Positions 34,678-45,472 of a stretch of 64,000 bases of DNA are shown here, piece by piece. Positions within the stretch are counted from its first letter, which is position 1. The number at the start of each line of letters is the position of its first letter. Source of the stretch: Cladosporium halotolerans (Eukaryota); assembly GCF_011745625.1 (NCBI RefSeq), contig NW_027191459.1, positions 310,001-374,000 on the forward strand, given 5' to 3'. The notes under the pieces were generated by a model. That model was not told where the DNA came from. It did no database searches and saw only the letters and a program-made list of their open reading frames with translations. Both the position numbers and the translations under genes were made by a program.

Positions 34678-36020
34678 ATGGCCATCTACATCATACGAAC
34701 GGCCTTCAACGATGGCATTGGCTCGGTACCTTTCCTGTGGCCGATTGTGAAGGCTTTACCATGGCTGTTCCTGCTATGGGCCATCAAGTTCTTTTTCTCT
34801 GGCGTGAGCAACAAGAGCGAGCGGAACATGCACGGAAAGGTTGTTCTGGTGACAGTATGTACAGTGCAGACACAAGCGATGATGCAAAAGCTGAGGATAT
34901 CTAGGGAGGCACAAGTGGTGTAGGCGAAGCTATAGTCCGTGACCTGGCGACCAAAGGAGCCCAGATTGTGTTGCTCACTCAGCATGTACTTGGTGATCCC
35001 TTCCTTGTTGAATTTATCGATGATATACGGCAAGACACGAATAACCATCTCATCACGGCTGAGCAGATGGATATGACATCGCTGCACAGCATTCGGACAT
35101 TCGCAACCAAATGGATCGACAATGCGCCTCCCCGCAGACTTGACATGATCGTACTGTGCGCCAACACTCTTACTCCTTCTAGCAAAGGACTGCAGAGCAC
35201 GAGCGAAGGCGTGGAGCTCAACTGGCAGGTCAATTACCTCGCCAACTTCCACTTCCTCAGTATCCTCTCGCCAGCGCTTCGAGCCCAGCCCCCTGATCGA
35301 GACGTCAGAGTTCTGTTTGGCAACTGCAGTAGCTACATGGGTGGAGATCTTCTGCAAATTACGCAGCAGGCGCAGTCATTGGGAAAGAATGCGAATGCGA
35401 AGCCCAAGAAAGCGAAAGCTGATGAGGCAGTGGCCCCTACGAAATTCTCTCCCGGGAATGCTTTCGCTACTTCCAAGCTGGCTTTGACAACATTCGCGGT
35501 AGCTTTCCAGAAGCACCTGACCACCTACAAACGGCCCGACGGATTTCCACCCAACATCAAAGTCCTCCTGGTCGATCCAGGCTACTCGCGCACACCCGGT
35601 ATGCGGAGATGGCTTACCGGAGGATCTCTGGTTGGGCTTCTGGGTTACCTGCTCACATATCCCCTCTGGTGGTTCATTTTGAAGAGTCCGGACATGGGGG
35701 CGCAGTCTTTCCTCTACGCTGCTATGGAAGAGAAGTTCAGCCGCACGGAGGGCGGTGTTCTCATCAAGGAGTGCAAACAGCGTGATTTCATCAGAACAGA
35801 TGTCCTTGATGAGGGCAAGCAAAAGATGCTCTGGGAGTACAGTGAGCAGATGGTTCAGGAGGCGGAAAAGCGCGGTGCTACTGAGAGGGCGAAAGCGAAG
35901 AAGGAGGAAGAGGATAGGAAGGAAGAGGCGCAGGCTGAGGAAGAACTCAAAAAGTATAAGGAGAAGGTCGGCAAGAAAGAAAAGAAGGAAGGGAGACGAA
36001 GGAGCAAGAAGTCCGGATAA
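34678..36020 (+). CDS. Short-chain dehydrogenase/reductase, PBR1/YNL181W-like; intron 34855-34904
   Basis: Splicing restores ERNMHGKVVLVT|GGTSGVG; SLHSIRTFATKWIDNAPPRRLDMI, VNYLANFH, DPGYSRTPGMRRWL. Confidence 0.88.
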
Positions 36021-36635
36021 GCCACTGTATCGAAGCACTCTCGGCATCCTCCCATCATGTTGTCAAACGGTTGTGTCAAGAAAGGGGACCTCGGGAACAA
36101 AGGATATTCTCCAAGATTCAGCGATCACACTTCACGCCCTCACGACTCCTGATTCTGGTTGACCATAAGTTTTGCTTCATGTATGGCGCGAACCCATCTC
36201 GGTCGAGCATCATGCATTTCACAAAGCCCACAAGCACTCAGCATGCTCGCATTGCTCGACACGATCATTGCCCATCACTAATGACGTTCGGAGATGATGG
36301 CAATCTCCCTTCGACCCTTGTCTGTCTTTGTATTGGAATTACCCACCTTTGTTCTCGGCCGCCAAAATTTCGTGGAGAAAGCAGCGTCATGTGAGATCGT
36401 TTGTTCGGCACAAAACGGCATACCATGAACAAAGGGCGTGACTCGCAGCAGCCATGCTGTATAGCTTCGGCAATGAAAAAAATGTCCCCTCCACGATGAC
36501 CAGCGTAGGACTACCGTGTCTTGTTTGCTACCGATTGCACCAACACTCTTTGCATTGACGGCAGACGCGAGAGGCAGGTCCTCAAAATCCCCTAGATTTT
36601 CGACTCAGGCACTCGCTTGTTGACCAGAGAAAACA

Positions 36636-39600
36636 ATGACTGACCGGAACAAACATTCGGAGGGCCTGACTGAAGCAGGGGAGGGCGGAATGTCGCCGGC
36701 CAGCCTTCTTGCATCCCCAGAAGAGAATCCTCACCATTCGACAGAGTATGAGGCAGAACCGGACTCTGAACCTCTTACGGTCATGACCGACAGCAACACA
36801 GGCGATGGACCTGGCGAAGAGGAACAGCCTAAATCGGCCTTCTCACTTTCCTCAAGCGATGAGGACGAAGATGCTGACGATGAAGCCGAGGAGGAGGGAG
36901 AGGAAGACGACGATGACTACGAGTACGAGGAGCCACAGGCCGAGAATCAAGCCCAGTATCAAGAAGTGGAAGAGTACCAGAACTTACCCTACGATGCCCG
37001 CCGAGTATACGCAAGCAAGCGTCCCATGGCAGTGGTGGTTGCTTTCCGCGACGATGAGAGGATTTACAAGCCAAGGGTTGGAGGGTATGTTATCGCCTTC
37101 CATGCAGAACGTGAAAAACAGGGCGAAGACTTTGAAAAGAAGAAAGAGGAGTATAGGCTAGGTAGGCCCTCGACTCCGCCCAGATCCAGTCCTTTGAGGA
37201 CCTCCAGTACCCCTGACTTGTCGCTATCTCCTGAGGATTCGCCAACAGCTGCTATTGGAATTTTGCGGGAACCCAGCCCCATGCTTGTGGCTTCAGGCGA
37301 GCACGACTCGATGGAAGACAACCAGCCGACGCCCAGGCCCGCATCCCCAGATAGGAGAAGGTTTTCGGCGGCAAGCTTCGACTGGTCTGAGGAAGATGAA
37401 GACGACGAGTCCTGGGTTGCTGGCGCGATAGAGGAGGTCCGCGGTCCTCGTAGCGGCCCTGAGTCGAGTGCAGTTGCAGCATCACCTCCGATCGATGATG
37501 TCCAGCAAGCTTCGCGAAACGAGACTGTTGTTGAGGACACGGAATCTGAGGCTGAGTTCCACGACGCAGACGACGAGATTAGCCCATTGGAGATCGAGCG
37601 ACCGTCATCACCCAACAGGGGAGCGAGCTCGAATGCTCGTATCAGAAGCCAGGAACGCTCTTTTGGTTTCGAGCTCACCCCTGAAGCCCTCGAAGACTCC
37701 CTGGGGAACGAAGCAAGCGAACAATCTGGTGAAAACACTTCCGCCGGACCCGAGAAAGCGCCTGCAAGCTTCGCTCCCGTCTTTGATGGCGCGGAAAACG
37801 ACGTGCCCACAGCCGCGCGAGGAGATCCCACGTCTCCCAATCCCGACGGCCCAGAGCTGTACACAGGACTGAGGCCCGCCGAAGGACTCGAAGAATGGTG
37901 GAAGTGGCACATGCGCAACCAGCCGCGAACCTTCCGAACCAACCGTAACATTTACAATGAAGACCATGCTGGCGATCTCGCCGGCGAGAAGAATGACGAT
38001 ACCTCGGCCGCAGCGGAGTATCTGCGCAGGAACCGATGGTCTCTCAAGGAGAAAGCCATCGTTGTATACGGTGGTACGGTTGCGCAGCGGGCTTTCAACA
38101 TCAAGAGCAATATGGAGGACACTCTGGAGTATCTCAGGCTACAGATGTTGAGATATCGCGCCCAGCGCAACGACTACTTCGAGAAGGCAAAAGCTACGCA
38201 TGCGAGAGTTGGCGCTCGGGATCAAACTATCGCTGAGCTCGAGTCGAACCTCAGAGAGGTCGAACGGTCCCGCAGGGAAGTGCGAGAGCAGTACGCTAGG
38301 CTGCAACCCGTGCTGCGAGAGTGGGAGATTGAGAAGGACTTGCACGAGAAAGAGAGAGAGAGGCGCAAGCAGCTGCAGGGCCAACTGCAGAATCTCACGA
38401 TGTTCAGCGAGCAGTACAAGAAGGCGGCCGAGGAGAACGCAGAGCTGGCAAGGATCGAAAGGGCTAGGCGAGCGGCTCGACTAGAGATGTCTTCCATTGC
38501 GACAGTCATATCGGATGAGCCCAGTACGACGCAGGTGGTGAATAAGCCTGCGTCTGCTGAAGAAGCTAATCCGCCTCTGCTGTATCCCAAAAATCCTCTG
38601 CGGTCGCCACCGCCAGCACCCCAGCATCTCATCCAATGGCCTTTGAAGGAACGTGTCCAACTCGTGCCGTACATGGTTGATTGGATTAATGATCATCGCG
38701 AGGACGGTTCTAAAAAGGAACCACTGTCGCCTGCTCAGCTCGATGAAATCCTAGGCATCGGCAGACTCTCCTGGAAGAAACTCATCAAAGAACTCGGCGA
38801 GCTCGGCTACTTTTTCCGATCGGACCGCTTAGCAACGGCGCTCTCAAACCCTGCAGCTATCCAGAGCGGTGCAATTCCACGCCCCAACCTTGCAGTAATG
38901 TACGCTGCGCGGCGGCTCGCGACGGAAACTGCCGTCCCGGAGCTTTTGCGCGAGGTAGTGAAGTTACACGACGAGCTTGACAACAACAAAATGCCTCAAG
39001 AACTCATCAACAATATCGCCCAGCTCGAGATGGAGAACCGTCAGTTGCAAGCCTCTCGCCCTCGAGAGCTCACCACGCGTAACGAGGCGCTTCTCGAGCA
39101 CGTCAACGAGCAGAACGCCGAGCTCGAAGACCTCAGAACCGAGCTCAAGAAAATACGCAAAATGCGCGCGGACCAGCATGCGGCGGAGCAAGAGAAGAAA
39201 CTTCCGCCATCAAAAACCCAAGTACAATCCATCGTCGAGCAATTCGTCGCAAGCACAAAACTAAACCCCTCTCAGCCCGACCTCGCAACCCAGCTCGCCT
39301 CAAGCCGCCAGCAAACGGCCACCCTCGAGGCCCAAAACGCCTCCCTCACCACCCGCCTCCAGCAGTCCGAGCGAACCCTCGCCGCCCGCGCCACCATAAT
39401 CTCAAACCTCGAAACCGTCCTCGCCACCTCCCAGCAAACAACCAGCGCCCTGCAAACCCGCAACGCGACCCTCGAATCCGACCTCGCCACCCTCAAAACC
39501 GTCACCAAGCGCGCCTCCGGCACCTTCGTCGCCCACGACCTCGGCGCCCTCATCGACGAGCAGACCACCGAATTGCAGAACGCCCAATCCCGCGCCGAGT

Positions 39601-40055
39601 CCCTCGAGCAACACGCCCGCGACCTGCAAAAAGAGGTCGACGCGCAGAGGATCGAGATCACCGCCCTGGGCGGCCGGTTATCCACCAGAAGACGCGAAAA
39701 CATCGCCGCATGGGCTAGATCGCCCGCCGCCGCCGCCCTTGTCCCGGACCCCGCCGACACCGTCGAAGACTGTATGGCCAAGCACGAAGAAAGTTGCAAA
39801 GAGATCGCCTCGGCTTTCCATCGCGGGCCCGAAACTTGGACGCCGGAGCAGAAGAAGATGTTCGCGGAGTCGCGGGAGAGGGTGGATCGGATGACGGAGC
39901 TGAAAGGACGGCCGCAGCGCTTCATTGACATCCAGAACAGGTATAACAACCACCCGAAGGTCGTTGCGGAGATGAAGCGCAGGCAGGAGATCAGGGATCG
40001 CGGCGAGGTGCCGGATTGGAGGCTGATTGATGTTAACATGGACGAAATTCGTTGA
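36636..40055 (+). CDS. Hypothetical 1139-aa protein: acidic disordered N-terminus and extended coiled coils
   Basis: 3.4 kb uninterrupted ORF with good start context (AAACAATG) and heptad-like L/E/Q/R segments; no family recognised. Confidence 0.75.
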   Translation: MTDRNKHSEGLTEAGEGGMSPASLLASPEENPHHSTEYEAEPDSEPLTVMTDSNTGDGPGEEEQPKSAFSLSSSDEDEDADDEAEEEGEEDDDDYEYEEPQAENQAQYQEVEEYQNLPYDARRVYASKRPMAVVVAFRDDERIYKPRVGGYVIAFHAEREKQGEDFEKKKEEYRLGRPSTPPRSSPLRTSSTPDLSLSPEDSPTAAIGILREPSPMLVASGEHDSMEDNQPTPRPASPDRRRFSAASFDWSEEDEDDESWVAGAIEEVRGPRSGPESSAVAASPPIDDVQQASRNETVVEDTESEAEFHDADDEISPLEIERPSSPNRGASSNARIRSQERSFGFELTPEALEDSLGNEASEQSGENTSAGPEKAPASFAPVFDGAENDVPTAARGDPTSPNPDGPELYTGLRPAEGLEEWWKWHMRNQPRTFRTNRNIYNEDHAGDLAGEKNDDTSAAAEYLRRNRWSLKEKAIVVYGGTVAQRAFNIKSNMEDTLEYLRLQMLRYRAQRNDYFEKAKATHARVGARDQTIAELESNLREVERSRREVREQYARLQPVLREWEIEKDLHEKERERRKQLQGQLQNLTMFSEQYKKAAEENAELARIERARRAARLEMSSIATVISDEPSTTQVVNKPASAEEANPPLLYPKNPLRSPPPAPQHLIQWPLKERVQLVPYMVDWINDHREDGSKKEPLSPAQLDEILGIGRLSWKKLIKELGELGYFFRSDRLATALSNPAAIQSGAIPRPNLAVMYAARRLATETAVPELLREVVKLHDELDNNKMPQELINNIAQLEMENRQLQASRPRELTTRNEALLEHVNEQNAELEDLRTELKKIRKMRADQHAAEQEKKLPPSKTQVQSIVEQFVASTKLNPSQPDLATQLASSRQQTATLEAQNASLTTRLQQSERTLAARATIISNLETVLATSQQTTSALQTRNATLESDLATLKTVTKRASGTFVAHDLGALIDEQTTELQNAQSRAESLEQHARDLQKEVDAQRIEITALGGRLSTRRRENIAAWARSPAAAALVPDPADTVEDCMAKHEESCKEIASAFHRGPETWTPEQKKMFAESRERVDRMTELKGRPQRFIDIQNRYNNHPKVVAEMKRRQEIRDRGEVPDWRLIDVNMDEIR

Positions 40056-40059
40056 TTCG

Positions 40060-41045
40060 GGGGAAAGTGGGTGGGGTTTATTGGTTTTGAGTCTTTGTTT
40101 TGCTTCTTTGGTTTTTGCCTTTTTTCGGTTGAATCGGATGCAGTGTGTTTGATTGGTGTTTGTGTCTTGACTTCCTGACTTTCTTGCCTTTTACTTGCTT
40201 TGTTGGACGAACAACCCTCTCTCACGCGATGTGTCGGTAGCAACTGTTGGTTAGAAAAGATACAATCGAACACTCGATCAATCGGTCAATCAGTAATCAA
40301 TCAATCGGTCAATCAGTCAATGTATCAATCAATCAGTCAGTCAATCAAGCAATCAATCAACCAATCACCCAAACACCCAAACACCCAACCTCCCAACCAA
40401 CCAACCCACCAACCCACCAACCAATCAACCCCCCCTTCAATCAAACCCCAACTCCACCCACCCCACCCAACCAACCAACCACCCACCTCGGCACCACCAC
40501 CCCAGAATCCCCACCCCACCCCAAAACCTCCACGCCTCCAGCACTCTTCAGTAACCCTGACCATCAGCCCGAGGAATCCACTCAAATCAAATAAAACCCA
40601 ACCCCAGCCCACCACGCCCCGACGCCATCGATCATTGACCCGACTTTACACACCTGGAATCCAATCCCTCCCTACAACTGCCTCTGCAACTCGGCGCCTT
40701 GAGTGGTGGGTGTATTCGAGGTCACGCGGCATTGGCTCTCCGGCCCGTGGGACGCGGAGCTTCACTTGATGCATTGACGTTACGGGATTGCTTCCCCTTT
40801 CGCCGAACATCGTTGAAAGGACGCTCCGGACGGGCCATTGGAAATAAGTGTAATACTCCAAGAGAAAGCAATCATGGCAAATCGCATTCCATTTCATTCC
40901 AATCTAAACACCCCCACAAACGCCTCATCCATCCCCATATGCACAGTGAATCCCCAGAACTCCCGCACCCATCAAACCACAAATCCAAACATATATACTT
41001 CCCTCCCTCCTCCCCTCCCATCACCAAGCCCAACCCAACCCAAGA
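40060..41045. repeat. Low-complexity intergenic region: G/T tract, degenerate (TCAA)n about 40275-40365, degenerate (CCAA/CCCA)n about 40365-40620
   Basis: Read directly from the sequence; lies between two convergent 3' ends. Confidence 0.85.
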
Positions 41046-41049
41046 ACCT

Positions 41050-43531
41050 CTAAGAAACACACTCGACCAAAACCGCCCTCATGCGCCCGCTCCTCAACGC
41101 CTTATAAATGGCGCTGATCCTCCGCCCGATCGTCACCTTCTCGCCCTCCGACGCCCGGACGCCATCCCTCTCCGCGCTGGGGAAAGTCGGGTGCTCCACC
41201 AGGCCCCTGTGCATGGGCACGCCGAGCTCGTGGCGCACGAAGCGGTACATGGTCGCGCTGCCGTGGCCGAGGTAGGTGAGGGTGGGCGGGCCGGCGGGGG
41301 CGGCGAAGCGGGCGCGGGTCGAGCGGATGGAGGCGGCGATGATGGCTGCGAGGTCGTCGGAGAACTTGGCGAGGGAGGAGAAGGCGTTGGGGGACTGGGA
41401 GGCGTGGGAGAGGAGGGCTTTGGTGAGGGGCGTGAGGGTCGCGTCTGCGGCGGCGCGCGCGCGGTCCGGGGTGGATTTTGATTTCGCGGCCGCGAGGGCT
41501 GTTTTGATCGTTGTGAAGACTTGGGTCCAGAGGGCGTCGAGGTGGGCGGCGGGGATGGAGGGGCTGAAGGCCGCGTCGAAGGCTGGGCGGGCCTGGCGCT
41601 CGATGAGGGTCATGTACTCGATGTAGAGGACGTGGAGGTCCAGGCCTTGGCAGACGGCGTAGAGGAAGGCGGAGGTCATAAGGGAGACGAGCTCGACGGC
41701 GTCGAGGGTGTAGCGGGCGGAGATGAGGGCGAGGGAGTTGACGGCCTGGTTGTGCATTTCGGCGGTCTGGACGTGCGAGCTGACGGGGTTGGCGAGGAAG
41801 GCGAGCTCGGATTGGTAGGCGGCCATGTTGATGTCGACGCCCTTGAAGGTGTAGGAGAGGTCGGGGTCGTCGAAGCAGAGGTTGGGGGAGAGGATGCCGT
41901 TGAGGGTTGGGTTGATGAGCTCGGTGCATTGGGCGAACATGAGCTTGCCCATCATCTGGAGAGTCAGACGGGTCTTCTCCATCGCGGCCGTGACGGAGGC
42001 GGCTTGGAAGTTGCCGCCGTGGTGGACCATGCCGGCTTCGGGGTCGACGAGGGGGTTGTCGGTGGTGGAGTTGAGCTCGACTTCTAGTTGGCGAGCGGAG
42101 AGGAGGAGATCCTCAAGTTGAGGACCGACCCACTGCGAGGAAGTGCGCAAGGCGTAGCGGTCCTGGTAGAGACCGGCGGTGTGAGAGTCCTTGCCGACGA
42201 CGAGTTTGGAAGTCTCGAGCATCTTGAAAATGTTGGCACCAGCCTCCTTCTGGCCCGGGTGAGGGCGAATATCAGCAATGAAGGGGTGGTAGTTGTCTGC
42301 AGATCCACGCAGAGCCTCCGTGCACATGGCGGTCAGAACCTGGGTAGACAGAGCAAGGTACTGCGTCTCATGGAGCGCCATAGTGGCACCAGCCACGCTG
42401 ACTGCAGTTCCGTTCATCAAGCCGAGGCCCTCCTTGGGCATCATGGTGGTGGGAGTGAGACCGGCGTGCTGAATGGCAATATCGGCGCTGAGGATCTTGC
42501 GCTCGCCGTTGGGCATCTTGCAGTCAAGGAAAATGTCGTGGTTGCCCTCGAGAGCACCCGCGATGTATGACAGTGGCGAAAGATCACCAGACGCAGAGAT
42601 CGTTCCGCGAAGAGGGATGATGGGAATGAAATCGTGGTTGAGCAAGGTGGTGATGTTCTCGACGACAGCAAGTCTGACAGCCGAGTGGCCACGGAGGAGC
42701 GAGTTGATTCTGGCCAGCATGGTACCACGGACAATGGGACGGGGCATGTTGTGTCCCTTGAGACCAAGAGAGCTCTCGGGGAAGTCATCGCTGGACTGGC
42801 CGAGGTCTGATGGGAGCAGCACGCCAGAGTTCTGGTGCTGGATAAGAGCCCTCTGCATGCTCACGAAGTCATTGCTGCGGGTGTCTGCACTTCCGCCATA
42901 TCCGGTGTTGATACCTGTGGTCGATTAGCTGGGAGAAACGCGGATAGGTTGATCAGGGATTACTACCATAGACAACCTCGCCCTTCTCCAAATGCTGCTT
43001 CAAGAACTCGACGCTACCGTTGACGCGGCCCTTGACCTTGTCGCTGGTGCTGATTTGGACCGGCACATTATATCTAGATGGATATCTGATCAGCCAGCCG
43101 AACTAATCAAAAGCATTGCCCGAGCAACACAAGAACAAGAACATCCCAAACCCCACGCCACCAGTGATTAAATCGACCAGAAAAAGAAGAATAAAAAGAA
43201 AAGAAGAAACTCACCTAGCAACAGCAACCAACTCCGCCAGACTCAACTCCTCCCCGCTCACCACAACCGGCACATCGCTCCTCTCGACCACGCCTCCCTT
43301 CCTGCCACCCAGCGACTTCTCCAGCACGCGGTGGTGCGCTTTGAGCCAGTCCAAGTGGCCCGTCGTCTCAGCTTTCGCGGACGACAGAGCGGCCTTGTGC
43401 GCGTCGTCCGCGGGCTCTGGGTTGGGGGTTGGGGGGAGGTTCATGGCGGGGTGGGCTGTGATGCGGTCGTGAGCGTGGTGGGGGAGGGGGTTTGGGGTGC
43501 TCATGGTTGTGGAGGGGGTGTGTTGGGTCAT
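41050..43531 (-). CDS. PAL: Phenylalanine/tyrosine ammonia-lyase (MIO-dependent); introns 43074-43214 and 42915-42966
   Basis: Spliced VY|GINTGYGGSADTR, RINSLLRGHSAVR, RGTISASGDLSPLSY (ASG 42586-42594), PKEGLGLMNGT, QDRYALRT, NSTTDNP, HHGGNFQA, AEMHNQAVNSLAL. Start may be 43531 or 43504. Confidence 0.95.
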
Positions 43532-45472
43532 TATTGTTTGGAGTCGGATGGAAGAGGGAGGGATAAAGAGAGCGAGAGGGAGAGGGATTGGGATGGGAGG
43601 ACAAAGGAATGGGAGCGAGGTCAGGAGAGGCGAGGCAGGGAGGTTATTATATGTATAGATACGCTTTGTGCCCTGACGAGGGCATTACGGTTGCAGGCAG
43701 GCAGGCGCGACAGGACACAACACGACACGACACGACGAGGACATGCGGTTGCTTATCCCGCCCCGTCGACCAGAACCGGAAGGAGCGGTGGGTTCGTCGG
43801 CGCGGACAGGTGACCCCACGTCCCCAATGGCATTGGCATTGGCAATGGAGACCAGACCCAAGCTCGGAAGCAAAAAATAACACGCTCGGAGTCGCAAGCA
43901 GGCAGGTCGTATCTGGCGCTGGCGCGGGCGGACGCCCTCACCGTCGGCCGCGTACGATGATGCTGGCGCGAGGAGCCCCCCTGGGCGCGGAAAGCTTGAT
44001 GCGCCGCCCTGCTGCGAACGCGCTCCGGCCTAGGTAGCTGGGCGTGATTGGCGGACAGCAACTGAGCGGTGCATCCTGTGACCTGCAGCGTGGCGATGCG
44101 TGAGGCGATAATGGGGTGTAAGCCGAGTTGGCGGGTGTCATGGAGCGCAGGCAGGCGATGCGCTCGCGGGTTAAGGCGCCTAAGCCGCGCGGGTGTTGCT
44201 GGTTCTCCGCCCCGGCCGAAGCCGCAAGACCGACGACGACCGACCCATTGACACCGCGCTGTCTGACGACCGTCATCAAAAAGTAGGTACTCGCGCCTAC
44301 CCCGGCCTGAAGCTCTTCACGACTTTTTCTTTCTCACTTTCGCCCGGCGCGAGGTTTGAGAGCGCACTGTCTCCCTGCACGCACGCCGGAAGCTCCCACG
44401 AATACGAGGCGTGGGCGGCGCAGGCAGGCCCGGAAGCTTCGCCCAGCGGTGAGATGAGGTTGAGGTCGCGGCGGACGCAGGGCTCACGCAGCCTCTGCCT
44501 GATTCGCCGCGATAGCACCTTGTCCAGACTTCACCTCTCCCCCTATTATTCTGCTGTCCGGTGCGGTGAGCCCTCGACTTGGGAGACACAATGTCGCGTG
44601 CCTACATGACAGGTACATGAGCACATGTATCTTTCGCCTCTTCCGCGCCCCTTGCAGCCTTGACAGCGGACACCGCCCTGTCCTTCCGCGGCGGCTCCTA
44701 TCCCATCATTCGCTGCAGCCACACAGCTATTCGAGACACGGCTGCGAGCTGCAGCGCGTGCCGTGGTAGCGGTGATAGGGGATGCACCTCTCTCGAGATC
44801 CGACTGTCCCGGATGTTTGAGAATGCGTTATCGAGTAAGAACATTATAAGGTATGGAATGCCTACACCGTCTCGTCTCGTCAAGTATGATGCGATCGGCG
44901 CAGGCTCCGTAGGACTAGCGATCCTGCTCGCATTGGGGAAGTGCTCGTGAGCGAAAGCAGATTCTCATCCGCATGCGATCGGGTCTCGAGGCACAATTTC
45001 ACCGGTAGGTCGGTGTTGGACAGTCAGTAGTGGCGTTGGTTTGGAAGGCAGCGACGGTAGTCTCGAAGTGGACAGCGAACGACGCACGCGTTCAGATCGC
45101 CGCTTCGTCCGTGCCTCCAAAGCACAAAGGCTCGTGACAGACTTTGGGGTCGAAATATAACGCGCAAACGAATTCTTGAGAGCACGTATGTGGAATTCCG
45201 GTCAATGATGACGATGGAGTCGGTTCGCCATGCATTCATCTCACGTGATGCCTCAAAATGCAGCCCACAACGAATGCTGCCCCAATGCCAACTCATCTCT
45301 CACACGAATTGATTCGTCCGCCACTCCATTGACGCCTCGTCAAAGTATTAACAGGACATGCGTTCTTCGATACCCGGCTTTGAAATACTGCAAATCGCTT
45401 GCTTTCACAACAAACAGTACCGCTAAATCATCAAGTCGTAAACCCCCCTCCCTCCCCATCCCTCCCACCCCA

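Noticed and set aside
40200..40769. Q/P/N-rich ORFs; repeats resembling telomeric or CRISPR arrays
   Set aside because: Translations of degenerate TCAA/CCAA microsatellite; no CCCTAA array and no repeat-spacer structure.
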